Shown here: positions 61,641 to 64,000 of the stretch, piece after piece | Numbering within the stretch: position 1 is the first letter of the stretch | Layout: every line of letters starts with the position of its first letter | Source of the DNA: the human T2T-CHM13v2.0 reference genome, Homo sapiens | Length of the DNA stretch: 64,000 nt | Reading direction: 5' to 3' | NCBI GenBank assembly: GCA_009914755.4 | Contig: CP086569.2 | Location: 14,720,001 to 14,784,000, forward strand | Position numbers and translations under genes: made by a program | The notes under the pieces: generated by a model | Database searches by the model: none | What the model was told of the DNA's origin: nothing | Seen by the model: only the letters and a program-made list of their open reading frames with translations

Positions 61641-62879
61641 ATCATCTAGTTTTAGAATGAGTCCATCACCCCAATAATGTCCTTTATACCTTACTGGGAA
61701 AATTTAAAGTTAGAAATAAAGTTAATTTTGTGTCTTTAGCTTCCTTTATTACCCATGTATCTGAACTGCAATCCCATGGAACGGGGAGTATCCTGCAGTT
61801 TGGTGCTTAATCTATTTCTTAGAAAAACCTATTTTTTTTTTTTTAAAAGGCCAAAAGCATAACAGTCACAGTGATCGATAAATGATTACTCTCTTTCTGG
61901 AAATACGAGCATCCCCAAGGAAATTAAGGACTTTTCCCTTAAGCACTCTTTCTCTCAATAGCCTCCATTTGAGTAATCGGCAATGCTGCTCTTGCAGCAG
62001 TTTGTGGCAAAAGAGGCCTGCAGTCATTCTCGACTCTAAACATTTTCTGCAAGCCACCGCAAATCCTCAGATCTGCCTTGATTCACCTTTCCCTGTGTTT
62101 CCCCTAATCCGCTCAGTTCTGTCTTTAACTGGGAATTGTATTAGCTTCCTAATCACATCCCCACTTCTGCCTCCTGGCTTCTGCCTTAAGGCTTCTGGAT
62201 TCCTGTTTCCTGATCGTGGCACCTCATTCCTGCTTTCGGATCCCCACTTCCGGATCCTGGGTTTCAGACCCAGGCCTCTCATCCCTGCTTCCGGATTTCC
62301 ACTTCTGGATCCCCTCCTTTTTAGTCCTCTCTCAACACAGCCACCTGAGTGATCCTACTAAAATCTGAGCCACTTCCCGTCAGTTTTTTGCTCAACGTGT
62401 CCCAGCAGCTTCCCCCATCTGATTCAGAGAAGCCATGTTCTTTACAATGGATTTTAAGACCCAGTTGACCCCCCTTTCTCCTTCCTCTTAGACTTCATCG
62501 GTAACCTCCCTGTTTTCCTGCTCATCCTGCTAGGCTCCTCTGTGTTTTCTGAATACTATAATCTTTCCCTTGCTTCAGGATATTGACATTTGCTTGGTCC
62601 TGGACCGGGGATATGCTCTTCCTTCAGCTTGTTGAAAGGCTGTCTGGCTCACCTTCTTTATACAAATACCTCTTTTCCAGCAAAAGCATCTTTAGCCATG
62701 CTACATATATGTATAAACAAACAAGCAAACAAATCCATTTTCCTGTGTTGTATTTTTGTTCTTATTTTCTGTTATGACTGTCTACCCTGCCTTAGTATTT
62801 TGCTTATTAATCTTGTGCACTGTTTATCCTTGCATTCAATTAGGATGAATGTGTGTGTCTGTTTCTGTGTTTCATAAGA

Positions 62880-62995
62880 CCAGATGTGTTTTCTTTTTTA
62901 CTTCTTATTCCCACTGCCTAGAACAGTACCTGACACATAGTAGCTGCCCAACAAATCCTTGTTCAATATATGAGGAAATGAAACATGAGTAATAA
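62880..62995 (+). mobile_element. MIR-like SINE fragment.
   Basis: 'cccactgcctagaacagtacctgacacatagtagctgcccaacaaatccttgttcaatatatgaggaaatgaa' resembles the MIR core/3' region ('..agcacagtgcctggcacatagtaggcgctcaataaatgtttgttgaatgaatgaa'). Confidence 0.5.
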
Positions 62996-64000
62996 AAAGA
63001 GAAGGTAAAGACAGAAAATGTTGTGTTGTTGTTTCTACCTTTAAATTTTCTCAGTAAGGGATGAAGGATCAATCTTTGTGGGTTGATGGACTCATTCGAG
63101 AACCCAGTGATGGTGATAGTTACACAACACAGTAAGTATAAGAATGTCAGTGAGCACTTAAGATGAGACAATTTTATGGTATGAAAATTACATATTTCAA
63201 AAAAGTTGTTAAAGACATTTTTTTTCCCAGTGAGGCTGTTTTCTACATTTGATGAGCTTGAGGAAGGTAGGAAGAGGTGCCACCATCTTGTTAGTGAAGT
63301 GGTTAAGTCTCCTTTAGACATATACTGGAGGGAGTGTCTTCCACCATTTTATTGATTCATTAAATTCCTATCATTCTGTGATGCATCTTTACTGAAAACG
63401 GAATCTACTATGAATTCAGTGCTTACATTTTTGATATATAAGAGTACAAGAACTAACACTTGGGATACACCTCAAATTGAGACACATGGAAATGTAAATT
63501 TTGAGTATTTGTCCACCTGAAGAGCTAGAACATTTTAATGATGACTGCAATGACTGCTATGTTTCAAAAAATGGTGCATTTTCATCCAATAAATGCCCAT
63601 TTATACCTGTTTGCTCCAGACCTAAAACTGTACCAGTCTTCCAGTGGTTTATAATTACTTTAAAAAAACAATGACCACTTCCAATGTAGCTGTCTGTGCA
63701 AAGCCTAAGCAATTTTCTGTTGTATTTGATTTAGATAGAGAGCCAGGTTTGACAACTTCAGGCTGTGTCAAGGAAAGGGGGAAGGGTTTTTTTGTGTGTG
63801 TGTTGTTCGTTTGTTTGTTTTCATCGGCTATGAATACCTCAGGAAATAAAAGTATAATTAAACAAAAAAAAAATAGATAAAATGAGTTCCATTTAGTTTA
63901 GATTCACTGCTTGGGATTCATGAGCTATAAAGCTGATTTTCAGAGAAAAGCCAGACTTTTTGTCCTTATCTTTCTTATAGTTATTTTAAAATACAAAATT

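Overview
This window is primate (human-like) nuclear DNA, not prokaryotic. It is AT-rich and repeat-dense: about 20 Alu copies, one full-length but coding-dead L1PA, several truncated L1 3' ends, at least four retroviral LTRs, a cut-and-paste DNA transposon with inverted termini, and many microsatellites. Most of the long ORFs in the six-frame track are artefacts: translations of a ~300 bp (TCC/CTT)n tract, of GC-rich LTR12 bodies, and of the broken L1 ORF1/ORF2. No intact protein-coding gene is present.

The one genic signal is three + strand exons at 45153-45375, 55718-55901 and 58284-58449. Each is bounded by recognisable splice sites, and together they encode the WAP (four-disulfide-core) domain and the first fibronectin-III domain of an anosmin-1 (ANOS1/KAL1) paralogue.

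The copy carries several disabling lesions. Two conserved WAP cysteines are lost. The WAP exon's donor reads AT instead of GT. A 1-bp deletion shifts the frame inside the FN3 exon. There is an in-frame TGA inside the 'YQFRVAAVNVHG' FN3 strand, with W replaced by R beside it. I therefore interpret it as the decayed Y-linked anosmin pseudogene (KALP/ANOS2P) or an equivalent dead ANOS1 copy, not a functional gene.

A sense-oriented LTR12 (ERV9 LTR with CCAAT tandem repeats) lies ~26 kb upstream of the retained exons, so it is a candidate driver of any residual transcription. I found no novel system. Repeat-family names are from memory and all coordinates are approximate to within ±10 bp; ERV LTR subfamily names in particular are uncertain.
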